A DNA stretch of 58,011 nucleotides from assembly GCA_018825425.1 (NCBI GenBank), contig JAHJEM010000063.1:1-58011 (forward strand), in the 5' to 3' direction. Below, in pieces: positions 45,065-53,595 of the stretch. The stretch is from Nanobdellota archaeon. GTDB lineage: Archaea > Nanobdellota > Nanobdellia > Woesearchaeales > JAHJEM01. The notes beneath the pieces were generated by a model. That model saw only the letters and a list, made by a program, of their open reading frames with translations. It did no database searches and was not told the origin of the DNA. Numbering within the stretch: the stretch's first letter is position 1; every line of letters begins with the position of its first letter. Position numbers and translations under genes: made by a program.

Positions 45065-46300
45065 TTAGACAGGAATCCTGAACACAGGAGGCCTATTTCT
45101 ATCCTCAACAGTTATATGGACGTCTTGACTGGTCTCAAGCGTTCCATCACTTGCGGTTACAGTTACGTCATACTCACCAGCATCTGAGTATGTGGTTGTA
45201 TATTCCAGATCATCCATCCATCCAATTACCCTAACTACTACATCATCTCCATCTGGATCTGTTGCAAATGCAAGAATTCTGACTGTTTCACCTTCTTCAA
45301 CTGTTATGTCAGCAATCTCTTCCAAGACTGGCGGACTATTCAATTTGCCAACTACAATCTCCACTGTCTTTTCAATGATCGCCTTACCATCACTAACTCT
45401 AACTTCTGCAGTGTATACACCATCATCACCCATCCGGGTCTCCCATTCACCATTCTCATCCAATGGATCTCCAAAGGTTATGGTAAGATCATCTGTGTCT
45501 TCATCAGTTACTTCTGGAACGACCTTGACCATTTCCCCTTCAGTCACTCTTATAGTTCTGAATTCTTTGACAACCGGCAATCTGTTCTTGTCTTCAACAA
45601 TTACTTTTATGGTTGCTTTTGTGCTTTTCTTACCATCAGAAGCTGTAACATATACCATATGTGTTCCTGCATCATTGTATCCTGTCATCTTAACTCTTGA
45701 AGCAGCCCAGCCACTATACTCAAATACAAGGTCATCACCTTCATTGTCTGTAGCGTCACATTCAATGAATAGGTCTTCTCCTTCTTTAAGAGAAATCTCC
45801 TCTGGACATGTCAGGACAGGAGCCTTGTTGCTAGAAAGCAATACCACTAATACATCTTGTGAAGTAGTATCTTTTCCATCACTTGCTGTAATAGTAACCT
45901 TATAGAATCCAGCATCTCCCTCTGTTGTTACCCAAGAACCCTTATCATCGAATGGTTCTGAAAAAGAGTATGTGATCTCATCGCCATCATAATCAATTGC
46001 TTGAGGCTTAAGTTCAATAGTCTCACCTTCTATTGCAAACTTTTTGACTGTAATATCTGCATATTCTTCAGGAATCTCAACAGTTTCAACCTTCACCTCT
46101 TCAGGCTTATTCTCTGTCTCATATACAACTTCGCCTGTGATATCTGGTACTTCAGCTGTATCTTCAGGCGTGCTGATTTGGATTATATCACTTTCAAGAA
46201 CTGAGAGATTCATAGTTGTGTTGTCTGGCTGCGGAGTGCAAGCCACTAAAGTCAATAATAAAACTACTAGTATAAGTTCTTTCTTTCCCACATTCATCAC
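45065..46300 (-). CDS. lipoprotein-like secreted protein with four cadherin/He_PIG-like Ig repeats
   Basis: Signal plus lipobox LTLVAC. Four modules of the form A.D.DGD.(L/I/V).(F/Y/V)......(Y/T)..AG.Y.V.V.ASDG......V.I.V...N..PV. Confidence 0.75.
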   Translation of the reverse strand: MMNVGKKELILVVLLLTLVACTPQPDNTTMNLSVLESDIIQISTPEDTAEVPDITGEVVYETENKPEEVKVETVEIPEEYADITVKKFAIEGETIELKPQAIDYDGDEITYSFSEPFDDKGSWVTTEGDAGFYKVTITASDGKDTTSQDVLVVLLSSNKAPVLTCPEEISLKEGEDLFIECDATDNEGDDLVFEYSGWAASRVKMTGYNDAGTHMVYVTASDGKKSTKATIKVIVEDKNRLPVVKEFRTIRVTEGEMVKVVPEVTDEDTDDLTITFGDPLDENGEWETRMGDDGVYTAEVRVSDGKAIIEKTVEIVVGKLNSPPVLEEIADITVEEGETVRILAFATDPDGDDVVVRVIGWMDDLEYTTTYSDAGEYDVTVTASDGTLETSQDVHITVEDRNRPPVFRIPV

Positions 46301-46444
46301 CCTAATATTATTTTATTCAGTAAACACTTATTTAACTCTTAAGTAATATATAAAGATTTCTATTTTGGAGTGAAGACAAAGATTACTATTCTGTAGAGAT
46401 AAGGATTAGAACAAAAAACACTCGAGAAATACGCACTACATTAT

Positions 46445-47209
46445 TCAACTGGCCTTCTTCTTAGTCAACTTGACAAATATCTCTCCAAAATGCTTTGGTT
46501 GATGCATATCGACCTTTCTTTGGGTCTCAAGATGAAGTAAAGGTATAAATGTCATTACCTTATCTTCTTTTGAATCTGAAGGTGATAGATTAGTAAATGT
46601 AAGTTTGGTCTCTGCATTTTTCTTAAAATGCGTCACAATATTACCATACACTTCTCCAATCACAGCTGTGATTTCCTTGCCTTTTTTTGGTGCCTCGACT
46701 CTTGGTGCAGGAACAGTCCATCGCTTCTTTCTCTTGTCTTCAGTTTCCAATGCTTTTTCCAAAGCATTGACCAAGTCATACACACTCACTTTCCTTTTTC
46801 TTGGCTGGGGCGTCCGAGGATATATCTTAGGCCTTTGTTTCTTAATATTCTGAAGCAAGTCAAGGTCCTCAATATCTTCCAACAGATCAAGATCATCCTC
46901 CTCAGAATTAATCAACTGATCCAAAGCCACAATGTCTTCATGTAACAACTTATTACTCTTGATTTTAAGAAGTATAGCTGCTGCTAGAACAACTTTTCCG
47001 CTTATCCGAAAGTCCATCTCCTTTAAGGAACGTACCTTCTGGATGAACTTTTTGGCAAGCTTCCCAACATCCACATCCCACGGCTCTATCTCACCAGCAT
47101 CTATCATGTCATAGATGATATTCTGCCAAGTCAGTTCATCTTGAGTGAATAATATGTTAAATATCTTGTCGTTCGTGACTTCATTTGGCGCTAGAAGGGT
47201 CTGTTTCAT
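46445..47209 (-). CDS. scpA: segregation and condensation protein A (kleisin ScpA)
   Basis: WDVDVGKLAKKFIQKV...MDFRISGKVVLAAAILLKIKSNKLL. Start placed at MKQTLLAP. The track's GTG 47284 is an alternative. Confidence 0.75.
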   Translation of the reverse strand: MKQTLLAPNEVTNDKIFNILFTQDELTWQNIIYDMIDAGEIEPWDVDVGKLAKKFIQKVRSLKEMDFRISGKVVLAAAILLKIKSNKLLHEDIVALDQLINSEEDDLDLLEDIEDLDLLQNIKKQRPKIYPRTPQPRKRKVSVYDLVNALEKALETEDKRKKRWTVPAPRVEAPKKGKEITAVIGEVYGNIVTHFKKNAETKLTFTNLSPSDSKEDKVMTFIPLLHLETQRKVDMHQPKHFGEIFVKLTKKKAS

Positions 47210-47518
47210 TGTTTTTCCCGATTTCCTGCACGTACTATAATAGTATACTGGTCTATATGGTTGTTTATAAATCTTTTGGTGCACATTTATCCTCGGAAAG
47301 CTTGCGACACACCTTTAAAATATGTCGTAATATTTAAATACAGAAGCTGAAAACCAATATAACAGCAACTTTGTCCATAATTAATATATTATACGTGGGA
47401 CAAAGTTTCTGGAACTCTCAAATCAACCATAGTAGAGGCAGGTAATTTCAATTTACATGCTTGCTTAATTTGAGAGTAATGTGATTTGCTGCAAAAAGCA
47501 CTGACAAAGGTTTTATAA

Positions 47519-48088
47519 ATGGATTACATACCAGCAAGTCCTAGTGTGAAGGTGGAATTTCAAAACCTCATACGAAATTACTTCGCTCAAGAGGGAAACA
47601 GGGACAAGAAGGGACGCAGAAAAAGCATAATAGAATATATCAAGATTCTAGATAGTGAGACTGCGGATAAATTCACTTATGCTTGGAAACTAGGTGATGC
47701 TAGAGGTTTTTTCATTAACAGGGCAATACATAGGTTTTCTCATGGCGAGAATTGGGACGATATTGGAATCACAGCAGAGATTCTTCATAAGAGCTTTGAG
47801 ACAGGACCGACATCTGAATCTGAACTGGCATTACTTAGGGAATTGAGGATTGCAATTGCAGAGCAAGTATATAAACTAGGTGTACCTGATAATGAACACG
47901 ACTTCGAAGGATACTACAAGACACTTCGAACTGTCAATGCAGAAACACATCATAAGATCCTGGTAAATAAACCATTCAAAATCATGGGAAGAAAGATAAG
48001 GGTACATGGTAAGGAATTGGAAGTAAAAGAACCGGTATTCAAACCTAAGAGCAAGGATGAAGTTATGGATGATCTGATCCGGTTGTGA
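47519..48088 (+). CDS. hypothetical protein (orphan; paralogue-like to the next gene)
   Basis: 189-aa ORF. Shares a K-x-G-D-x-R-G-[FL]-F motif with the downstream ORF. A TTTTATAAA box abuts the ATG, so GTG 47546 or 47552 may be the real leaderless start. Confidence 0.5.
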   Translation: MDYIPASPSVKVEFQNLIRNYFAQEGNRDKKGRRKSIIEYIKILDSETADKFTYAWKLGDARGFFINRAIHRFSHGENWDDIGITAEILHKSFETGPTSESELALLRELRIAIAEQVYKLGVPDNEHDFEGYYKTLRTVNAETHHKILVNKPFKIMGRKIRVHGKELEVKEPVFKPKSKDEVMDDLIRL

Positions 48089-48129
48089 TTATCGAAATTC
48101 TTATATACTTACTCAACTATTGACTTTAT

Positions 48130-48834
48130 ATGGTCAATGAAGCAATGGCATATCGTAGCGCTGAAAATGTAAAATTTGGAGATAAACTCAAAGAATGGTT
48201 TGGAGGAGGAGATTTTAAGCTTGTAGACATCCCGAACCGATTAAATCTAACACAGGATCGAAGTATCCAAGTAATAAAGAATCGATTTGCACGCTATTTG
48301 AAAGACGGAGACGGAAGAGGTTTGTTCTGCAAATTATTGCGAGAACAGTTGACAGCATGCGACAATATGGTTCAATTGAATATATTAGCTGATAGATACA
48401 AACAAGGACTTTTGTTCATATCTGATCTTAGACTTTCATTTAAACGTGATTTTGAGAATGCATTTTTGAGAGCGAGTGCTAATAGCTACAAACATTGTAA
48501 CAATTGGACAAAGGTTCTTGAAAGAATGCTTGGCCTTAACGAGCAGTGGAGGAATTACTTTTTGGATTTCACAAGCCAAGTGACATCAGGAATTCCCAGG
48601 ACCACACTCTTGCCATTAGTAGCAAGATTGGGTCTGCCTCATGGAGGAAATCATGATGAGGAATTGGAAGCCTTCAAAACAATCATGACCAAATCAGGTG
48701 TTCCTGTTGAATTGGAAGAGACACAGAATACAAGAAAAGGGCTGTTAAGGTTGGTGGGACCCAAAAAAAGTCGCGTTCTAAAACATAATAAAGAGTGGTT
48801 TATTACAGAATTGGATTCGCAAAAAGCTGCTTGA
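48130..48834 (+). CDS. hypothetical protein (orphan)
   Basis: 234-aa ORF. CTTATATA box 26 nt upstream of the ATG. No known domain recognised. Confidence 0.55.
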   Translation: MVNEAMAYRSAENVKFGDKLKEWFGGGDFKLVDIPNRLNLTQDRSIQVIKNRFARYLKDGDGRGLFCKLLREQLTACDNMVQLNILADRYKQGLLFISDLRLSFKRDFENAFLRASANSYKHCNNWTKVLERMLGLNEQWRNYFLDFTSQVTSGIPRTTLLPLVARLGLPHGGNHDEELEAFKTIMTKSGVPVELEETQNTRKGLLRLVGPKKSRVLKHNKEWFITELDSQKAA

Positions 48835-49146
48835 TCACAATAATCTCAACATATCCAAGACTTCTTCTGGTTGATCATATGGCAAAATCGTTGCATGAGG
48901 TATTTCATATTCTGCTCGCCTGCGTACTTCAGGATCAGAATCAAATACTACCACATCATCCAAGTGGTCAAATTCTTTGAGACTTGCATCTGTTGTGTGA
49001 AGTGACACACTCATCCCACCAAACTTTTGCCCTCTAGCAATATATTCCCAGAGGTCTCTCTGTGTTGTCACAACGTGTGTGTATCTCTCAATACCATCTT
49101 CTATCGACGATAATCCAACTATGTAAATCTTTCTTGAGCCGTACAT
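48835..49146 (-). CDS. small hypothetical protein (weak Toprim-like pattern)
   Basis: KIYIVGLSSIEDG ... VVVFDSDPEVRRRAE resembles the E...DxD layout of small Toprim proteins, but the match is weak. TATA box 30 nt upstream. Confidence 0.35.
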   Translation of the reverse strand: MYGSRKIYIVGLSSIEDGIERYTHVVTTQRDLWEYIARGQKFGGMSVSLHTTDASLKEFDHLDDVVVFDSDPEVRRRAEYEIPHATILPYDQPEEVLDMLRLL

Positions 49147-49268
49147 TGTCTGCTCTTGTTTTTGCAGGTGGTATTTAAAGCTATTCCTTTAGAATATTTG
49201 CCTTCCGAATAAATTACGGCAACATTTGCACAAAACATTTAAATGACATTGTAATTCATTGTCATACA

Positions 49269-49544
49269 ATGGAAGCAATAAGCATAAGATTCCAGGAGAA
49301 CATCCTAAAAAAGATGGATAAAACCATTAGAAAGAACAATTTTAACTCGAGAACTGAATTTATTAGAGAAGCAGTGAGGGAAAAACTGACTGATGTTGAA
49401 CGGGCTTATGCTATTAATGAATTTTTTAAGCTGTATGGTAAAGGTAAACCAAAAACTAACCTAAGTGACAGACAGATAAGAGAAATTGTCAGTAAAGAAC
49501 TAATGGAAGATCTTGATCGTCGGTTTAGACATTCTGAGGACTGA
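49269..49544 (+). CDS. ribbon-helix-helix (CopG/Arc-like) protein
   Basis: ISIRFQENILKKMDKTIRKNNFNSRTEFIREAVREKL. TTTAAAT box 28 nt upstream. Confidence 0.65.
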   Translation: MEAISIRFQENILKKMDKTIRKNNFNSRTEFIREAVREKLTDVERAYAINEFFKLYGKGKPKTNLSDRQIREIVSKELMEDLDRRFRHSED

Positions 49545-49944
49545 CAGCTACGCAGATATCCGAAAGATACCTAAAGAAATGTTTATCTTGTGAGACCAAG
49601 ACTGCATTGTATTTTCTTGCATGCAAAGCATTAAGACAGTCAACAAATGGCAAATTTCTTTCCAGTGATATTTTCTTTGCAACAATATGTTCTTCATTAC
49701 ATATGGGAATTCTCTTAAGAAGCCCAATAATGTCAAGAAAGCCCAGCAACTCTTCAATTTCTGTTTTGGGATAGTTTTTACCCAATTCCCATACAAGAGT
49801 ATCAGAGAACAGTATCGTACTCCTGTCTTTGATTGCTTTCATAAAAAAATTGTGCGCTTGTTTAGCCAGAGGTTTACCTCCTCTACCAATTCGTGCATCA
49901 TAAAAATCTCTCCACACACAAGTGTCCACTAAATAATTCTTCAT
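49525..49944 (-). CDS. PIN-domain (VapC-like) nuclease
   Basis: N-terminal YLVDTCVW (first acidic residue), a central E in VWELG, and C-terminal LVSQDKHF. Confidence 0.7.
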   Translation of the reverse strand: MKNYLVDTCVWRDFYDARIGRGGKPLAKQAHNFFMKAIKDRSTILFSDTLVWELGKNYPKTEIEELLGFLDIIGLLKRIPICNEEHIVAKKISLERNLPFVDCLNALHARKYNAVLVSQDKHFFRYLSDICVAVSPQNV

Positions 49945-50028
49945 AAATTTGTCAAGTGAAAAGCATTATTAACATTGACTCAAAAAAAGCATCAATTTTT
50001 TCGGTATGGTTTGAAAATATTTGCAGAT

Positions 50029-50316
50029 TCATTGAAACAAACTCAATACCACAAACACCAAGAACGCAATCAAGCCGAGGATTGCAGAAAGTATTCCAAG
50101 GACACACAAGATTATCCCAATCATGGCATTGTCCTTTTCTTTCTGGTTTCCATGCCTGTAAGCAGAAAGACCATGGTGGATCCCTGTATAAATGAGTATC
50201 CAACCAACAAGAGGTACGGCCCCAAGAATCACAGATAATATTCCAAGTATGATAGACGCTGTTGCATTAGTCTCAATATCATCAGGATGAGGCCTTTTCT
50301 TGGGTTTTTTCTTCAT
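50029..50316 (-). CDS. small membrane protein, DUF4190-like
   Basis: Two glycine-rich hydrophobic hairpins (ASIILGILSVILGAVPLVGWIL and MIGIILCVLGILSAILGLIAFLV). The overlapping ORFs 49952-50238 are taken as shadows. Confidence 0.6.
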   Translation of the reverse strand: MKKKPKKRPHPDDIETNATASIILGILSVILGAVPLVGWILIYTGIHHGLSAYRHGNQKEKDNAMIGIILCVLGILSAILGLIAFLVFVVLSLFQ

Positions 50317-50402
50317 TGAAGAGTATTCTGTGGATTTAAATTTATAAAGGTTCTCACAAAACTCAACAAAATTTATATAATACTGTAGGAATCTGTGTTC
50401 TT

Positions 50403-50807
50403 ATGGACAGACCAAAAGTTGGTGTAGGTGTATTCGTATTCAAGGATGGCAAGTTTCTTCTGATGCACAGAAAAGGATCTCATGGTTCTGGAACGTGGTG
50501 TCCTCCAGGTGGCCACTTGGAAGGTGGTGAAGAGCCTGAAGAGTGCGCAAAGCGAGAGACCATGGAAGAGATTGGTGTAAAGATCAAGAACCTAAGAAGA
50601 GGTCCATGGACAAACGATGTGTTCATAGAAGAGAATAAGCACTACATCACGCTTTGTATCATAAGCGACTATGATTCTGGAGAACCTAAAATCATGGAAC
50701 CGGATAAGTGTACAGAATGGAGATGGGTGACCTGGGAGGATATGCCCAAACCATTGTTCTTGCCAACGCTTAATCTGAAGAAGAGCGGGTGGATTCCACC
50801 TAAATAA
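50403..50807 (+). CDS. NUDIX hydrolase
   Basis: Nudix box GGHLEGGEEPEECAKRETMEEIGV. Confidence 0.88.
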   Translation: MDRPKVGVGVFVFKDGKFLLMHRKGSHGSGTWCPPGGHLEGGEEPEECAKRETMEEIGVKIKNLRRGPWTNDVFIEENKHYITLCIISDYDSGEPKIMEPDKCTEWRWVTWEDMPKPLFLPTLNLKKSGWIPPK

Positions 50808-51947
50808 TCATATAATCCTTTGTGCAAATTCTCTCTGAACCATACCTTCCATGCTGTTAAATACCATTTCGTTCTCTTTTGGGAAGATTACACTTGTATC
50901 TCGGAACTCGCTTGGATACATGTGATTATTTAGGAATGCAAGTTTTATTCCTGTGTTCACTATCATGCCTTGATTGTAAATGCTATTCATGAGATTGGGA
51001 GTAAGTACCTTTCCAGCTCGGTGTTCATGGAATTCTCGATCACAGAATAGTTTATATGCCTGCAATGCCCCTCCAGAGAAATATGCAATGGCAATATTTG
51101 GCAGGCTTTCCTGTATCTTCTCTCCATTGTGGGCGATTACACCAATGTCACTAACTGGCTTACCGGTTGGCTCCAACAGATAGGTAAATCTGATTGGTCC
51201 TCCAGGAGACTTAATGCTTGGATCCAAATCAAACTGGCGCAGATGGGTTCCCATCCTATTGTTCTCATATTTTCCAGGAGTATTATAACACAACATCCTA
51301 TTTGTTTCATCTGTCTTGAATCTAACTTGTTCAGTCAGATCATCAACACTTGAAATATCACCAATATTTGCTTGGAATACTCCAGGTTCATATCCCACAA
51401 ACACTTCTCCAGTAAAAAGATTGAGGACAACAGTGTATTTTATAGTATTATCCTTTAGAAGAGTAACAGAGGAATTGCATGCTTCCACTCTTGCATGATC
51501 TTCACCGATCCGTTCCCGTTCAGCGTCGAGCACTTCACCCATGGTCTTGCATTTGCCTTTATGTGCCTCGATGGCCTGTTCAAGATATGATGATCTGTCA
51601 ACAGGATCGCTAATGATGACAGGAGTATTATGCTCAATCCTTCGATCATCTGGAACTCTTCCTCTTTCTTCAGTAATAATCACTCCTGACTGAGAATATA
51701 CTCTTTGGAATAGAGAATAGTGTCCCCAGAAATCTGTTCCAAGAGAGATTGCATTTTCAGCAACAATATCAAAGAAAATGGTGTCTTTGCCGTCCTTTCT
51801 TGCATAGAGTCTTCGTTTTTTTTCATCCAACTCGCTTATATCCTTTGCTGCTTCTTCAACATTCAATGCTCTGAGATGGGTAAGCATATGCTTCATTATG
51901 TTGATAGAACCATTCAACATCTCCATGTCTTCATCGATCATGTTCAT
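50808..51947 (-). CDS. hypothetical protein, possibly a distant IMPase/FBPase-fold member
   Basis: ITEERG and VIISDPVDRSSY resemble the EE and DP(I/L)D(G/S)(T/S) metal motifs. The later WD.(A/G)(A/G) motif was not found. Confidence 0.3.
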   Translation of the reverse strand: MNMIDEDMEMLNGSINIMKHMLTHLRALNVEEAAKDISELDEKKRRLYARKDGKDTIFFDIVAENAISLGTDFWGHYSLFQRVYSQSGVIITEERGRVPDDRRIEHNTPVIISDPVDRSSYLEQAIEAHKGKCKTMGEVLDAERERIGEDHARVEACNSSVTLLKDNTIKYTVVLNLFTGEVFVGYEPGVFQANIGDISSVDDLTEQVRFKTDETNRMLCYNTPGKYENNRMGTHLRQFDLDPSIKSPGGPIRFTYLLEPTGKPVSDIGVIAHNGEKIQESLPNIAIAYFSGGALQAYKLFCDREFHEHRAGKVLTPNLMNSIYNQGMIVNTGIKLAFLNNHMYPSEFRDTSVIFPKENEMVFNSMEGMVQREFAQRII

Positions 51948-52068
51948 TATTAGTACATGGAATGCTTAGGACATATTAAACTTTTCCTTGTAGTATATAT
52001 TGTGAATATATATTTGACCAATATGTCCCATAATCTTTAAATATCCTCCTCCAATCCTCACCATTATC

Positions 52069-53055
52069 GTGGTAATCGGGATGTTGGGATTTGGAGCTAT
52101 GAATTATGCTGTGGCTGTTCATCTTTCTAGAAGAAGTGATAATCCCAAGATAGTGGTCTGGGATATTGATGAACATATTATGGAAACTGTTAGAGATGAA
52201 CGCATTCATCCATATCATTTTGTTGAGGATGTTTTGCCTGAATCAATAGTTACAGGCACATTAGATGATTTTGTGGATGTAGATCATGTCATAATCGGTA
52301 TGGGTGCCCAGAATATGCGATCTGCAATGGTATCTGCAGGAACAAGATTGAAAAAGCCTTACAAGACAATTGTCTCAAAAGGACTTTTAGGTACTGGCAA
52401 AAGGCTTTCTCAAGTTGTCCAAGAAGAAGTTGGTGATGATAAGATTGCCATGTTTGCAGGGGGTACTGTTGCACATGATCTTTTCTATGGTAACTCGCTT
52501 GCTGCGGATGTTGCAGCTATTGATCCTCGCGTCAGATATGAGGTTGCAGAACTTCTTCACAGCAACACATTAAGAATTTATGAAGTGGATGACTTGGTCG
52601 GCGTTGAACTAATTGCAGCATTAAAGAACATAATCAGTATGGGTGCTGGAATGGCAGAAAGCCTGCACAACAGTGTTGGGACCAAATCATCTTTCAAGAT
52701 AAGATTAGAATATGAAGTATTCCAGCTGGCAATGAAGATGGGTGCAAATATGACCACGTTTCTGCCTGGAAGACCCAGTTGGTCAGGTGACACAAATCTT
52801 AGTTCTTTTGGTAAGACTAGAAATAGAGAGTATGGTATGAGAATAGGTGGAGGAGAGGATCCGGATGACGCATTAAAAAGAATGGAAAGAGGTCATAAAA
52901 CTGTTGAAGGTTATTACACCCTAAAAGTTGCTCATGATTTGACCAGAGATATGGATACGCCCTGTATTGACCAATTGTATGCTGTAGTATATGGGAAGGT
53001 GCCCCCTCTAGAAGCAGAAGCTGCATTGATGAGTAGGGCAAGGAGAAGGGATTGA
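52069..53055 (+). CDS. gpsA: NAD(P)H-dependent glycerol-3-phosphate dehydrogenase (GpsA)-like
   Basis: N-terminal Rossmann GMLGFGAMNYAVA, then DLVGVELIAALKNIISMGAGM, SGDTNLSSFGKTRNREYGMRIG, and TVEGYYT. GTG start 27 nt from a TTTAAATA box. Confidence 0.7.
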   Translation: MVIGMLGFGAMNYAVAVHLSRRSDNPKIVVWDIDEHIMETVRDERIHPYHFVEDVLPESIVTGTLDDFVDVDHVIIGMGAQNMRSAMVSAGTRLKKPYKTIVSKGLLGTGKRLSQVVQEEVGDDKIAMFAGGTVAHDLFYGNSLAADVAAIDPRVRYEVAELLHSNTLRIYEVDDLVGVELIAALKNIISMGAGMAESLHNSVGTKSSFKIRLEYEVFQLAMKMGANMTTFLPGRPSWSGDTNLSSFGKTRNREYGMRIGGGEDPDDALKRMERGHKTVEGYYTLKVAHDLTRDMDTPCIDQLYAVVYGKVPPLEAEAALMSRARRRD

Positions 53056-53100
53056 GGTTTTTACACAAATTTTTTATATGACCAATATAAATGTTGTGTT

Positions 53101-53502
53101 ATGAAGTGGATTTTGTTGATTTGTTGCATTGTTCTGATATCTTGTTCTGCTCCAATGGAAAAAGAGTATGATAAAAGTTGTGAGACTGATGCTGATTGTA
53201 GATGCACCTGTGGTTGTGGGTGCATTAATGATCAAGAAGAATGTGAAAGCAAAACTAAATGCTTTACTGGACCTCCAGGTGCTAAATGTGTTAGAGGTCA
53301 GTGCGTTGAAGATCCACAAAATCTTAATAGAATCTGCAATGCTGACTTCCACTGTAAATGTACGTGTGGTTGCGGTTGCATAAATATTAACGAAGAGTGT
53401 GAAGAAACAGAGCTTTGTGATAGGGGACCGCCTCCAGCAATATGCCATAAAAACACATGCATTGAAGGAGAATATGATCTTCCAAAGGGAGATAGTAGCT
53501 GA
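53101..53502 (+). CDS. secreted/lipid-anchored cysteine-rich protein with an internal duplication
   Basis: Signal plus lipobox-like LISC. Two 42-aa units with 10 Cys each, containing CxCxCGCGC. TATA-like box ~25 nt upstream. Preferred over the antisense ORF 53074..53511. Confidence 0.65.
   Translation: MKWILLICCIVLISCSAPMEKEYDKSCETDADCRCTCGCGCINDQEECESKTKCFTGPPGAKCVRGQCVEDPQNLNRICNADFHCKCTCGCGCININEECEETELCDRGPPPAICHKNTCIEGEYDLPKGDSS
53179..53460 (+). repeat. two tandem 10-Cys modules (53179-53304 and 53335-53460)
   Basis: C-x5-C-x-C-x-C-G-C-G-C-I-N-x3-E-C-E-x4-C-x8-C-x4-C is conserved in both copies. Confidence 0.7.
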
Positions 53503-53595
53503 AGAAAACAAACTTAAACTTTATTGCCGTAATCTTGCATTTCAACTAAAAGTTTATATATTCAAACCACCAATAGAACCCTTGAGGTGGTATAA

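Noticed and set aside
45192-45905. 237-aa Ser/Thr-rich ORF on the plus strand
   Set aside because: It is antisense to the four-repeat lipoprotein gene. Its low-complexity S/T/V composition is typical of a shadow frame opposite an acidic repeat protein, and it has no promoter or SD.
53074-53511. 145-aa minus-strand ORF covering the Cys-rich gene
   Set aside because: The plus-strand frame has a signal peptide, an exact internal duplication of Cys spacing and a TATA box at the canonical distance. The minus-strand product is featureless.
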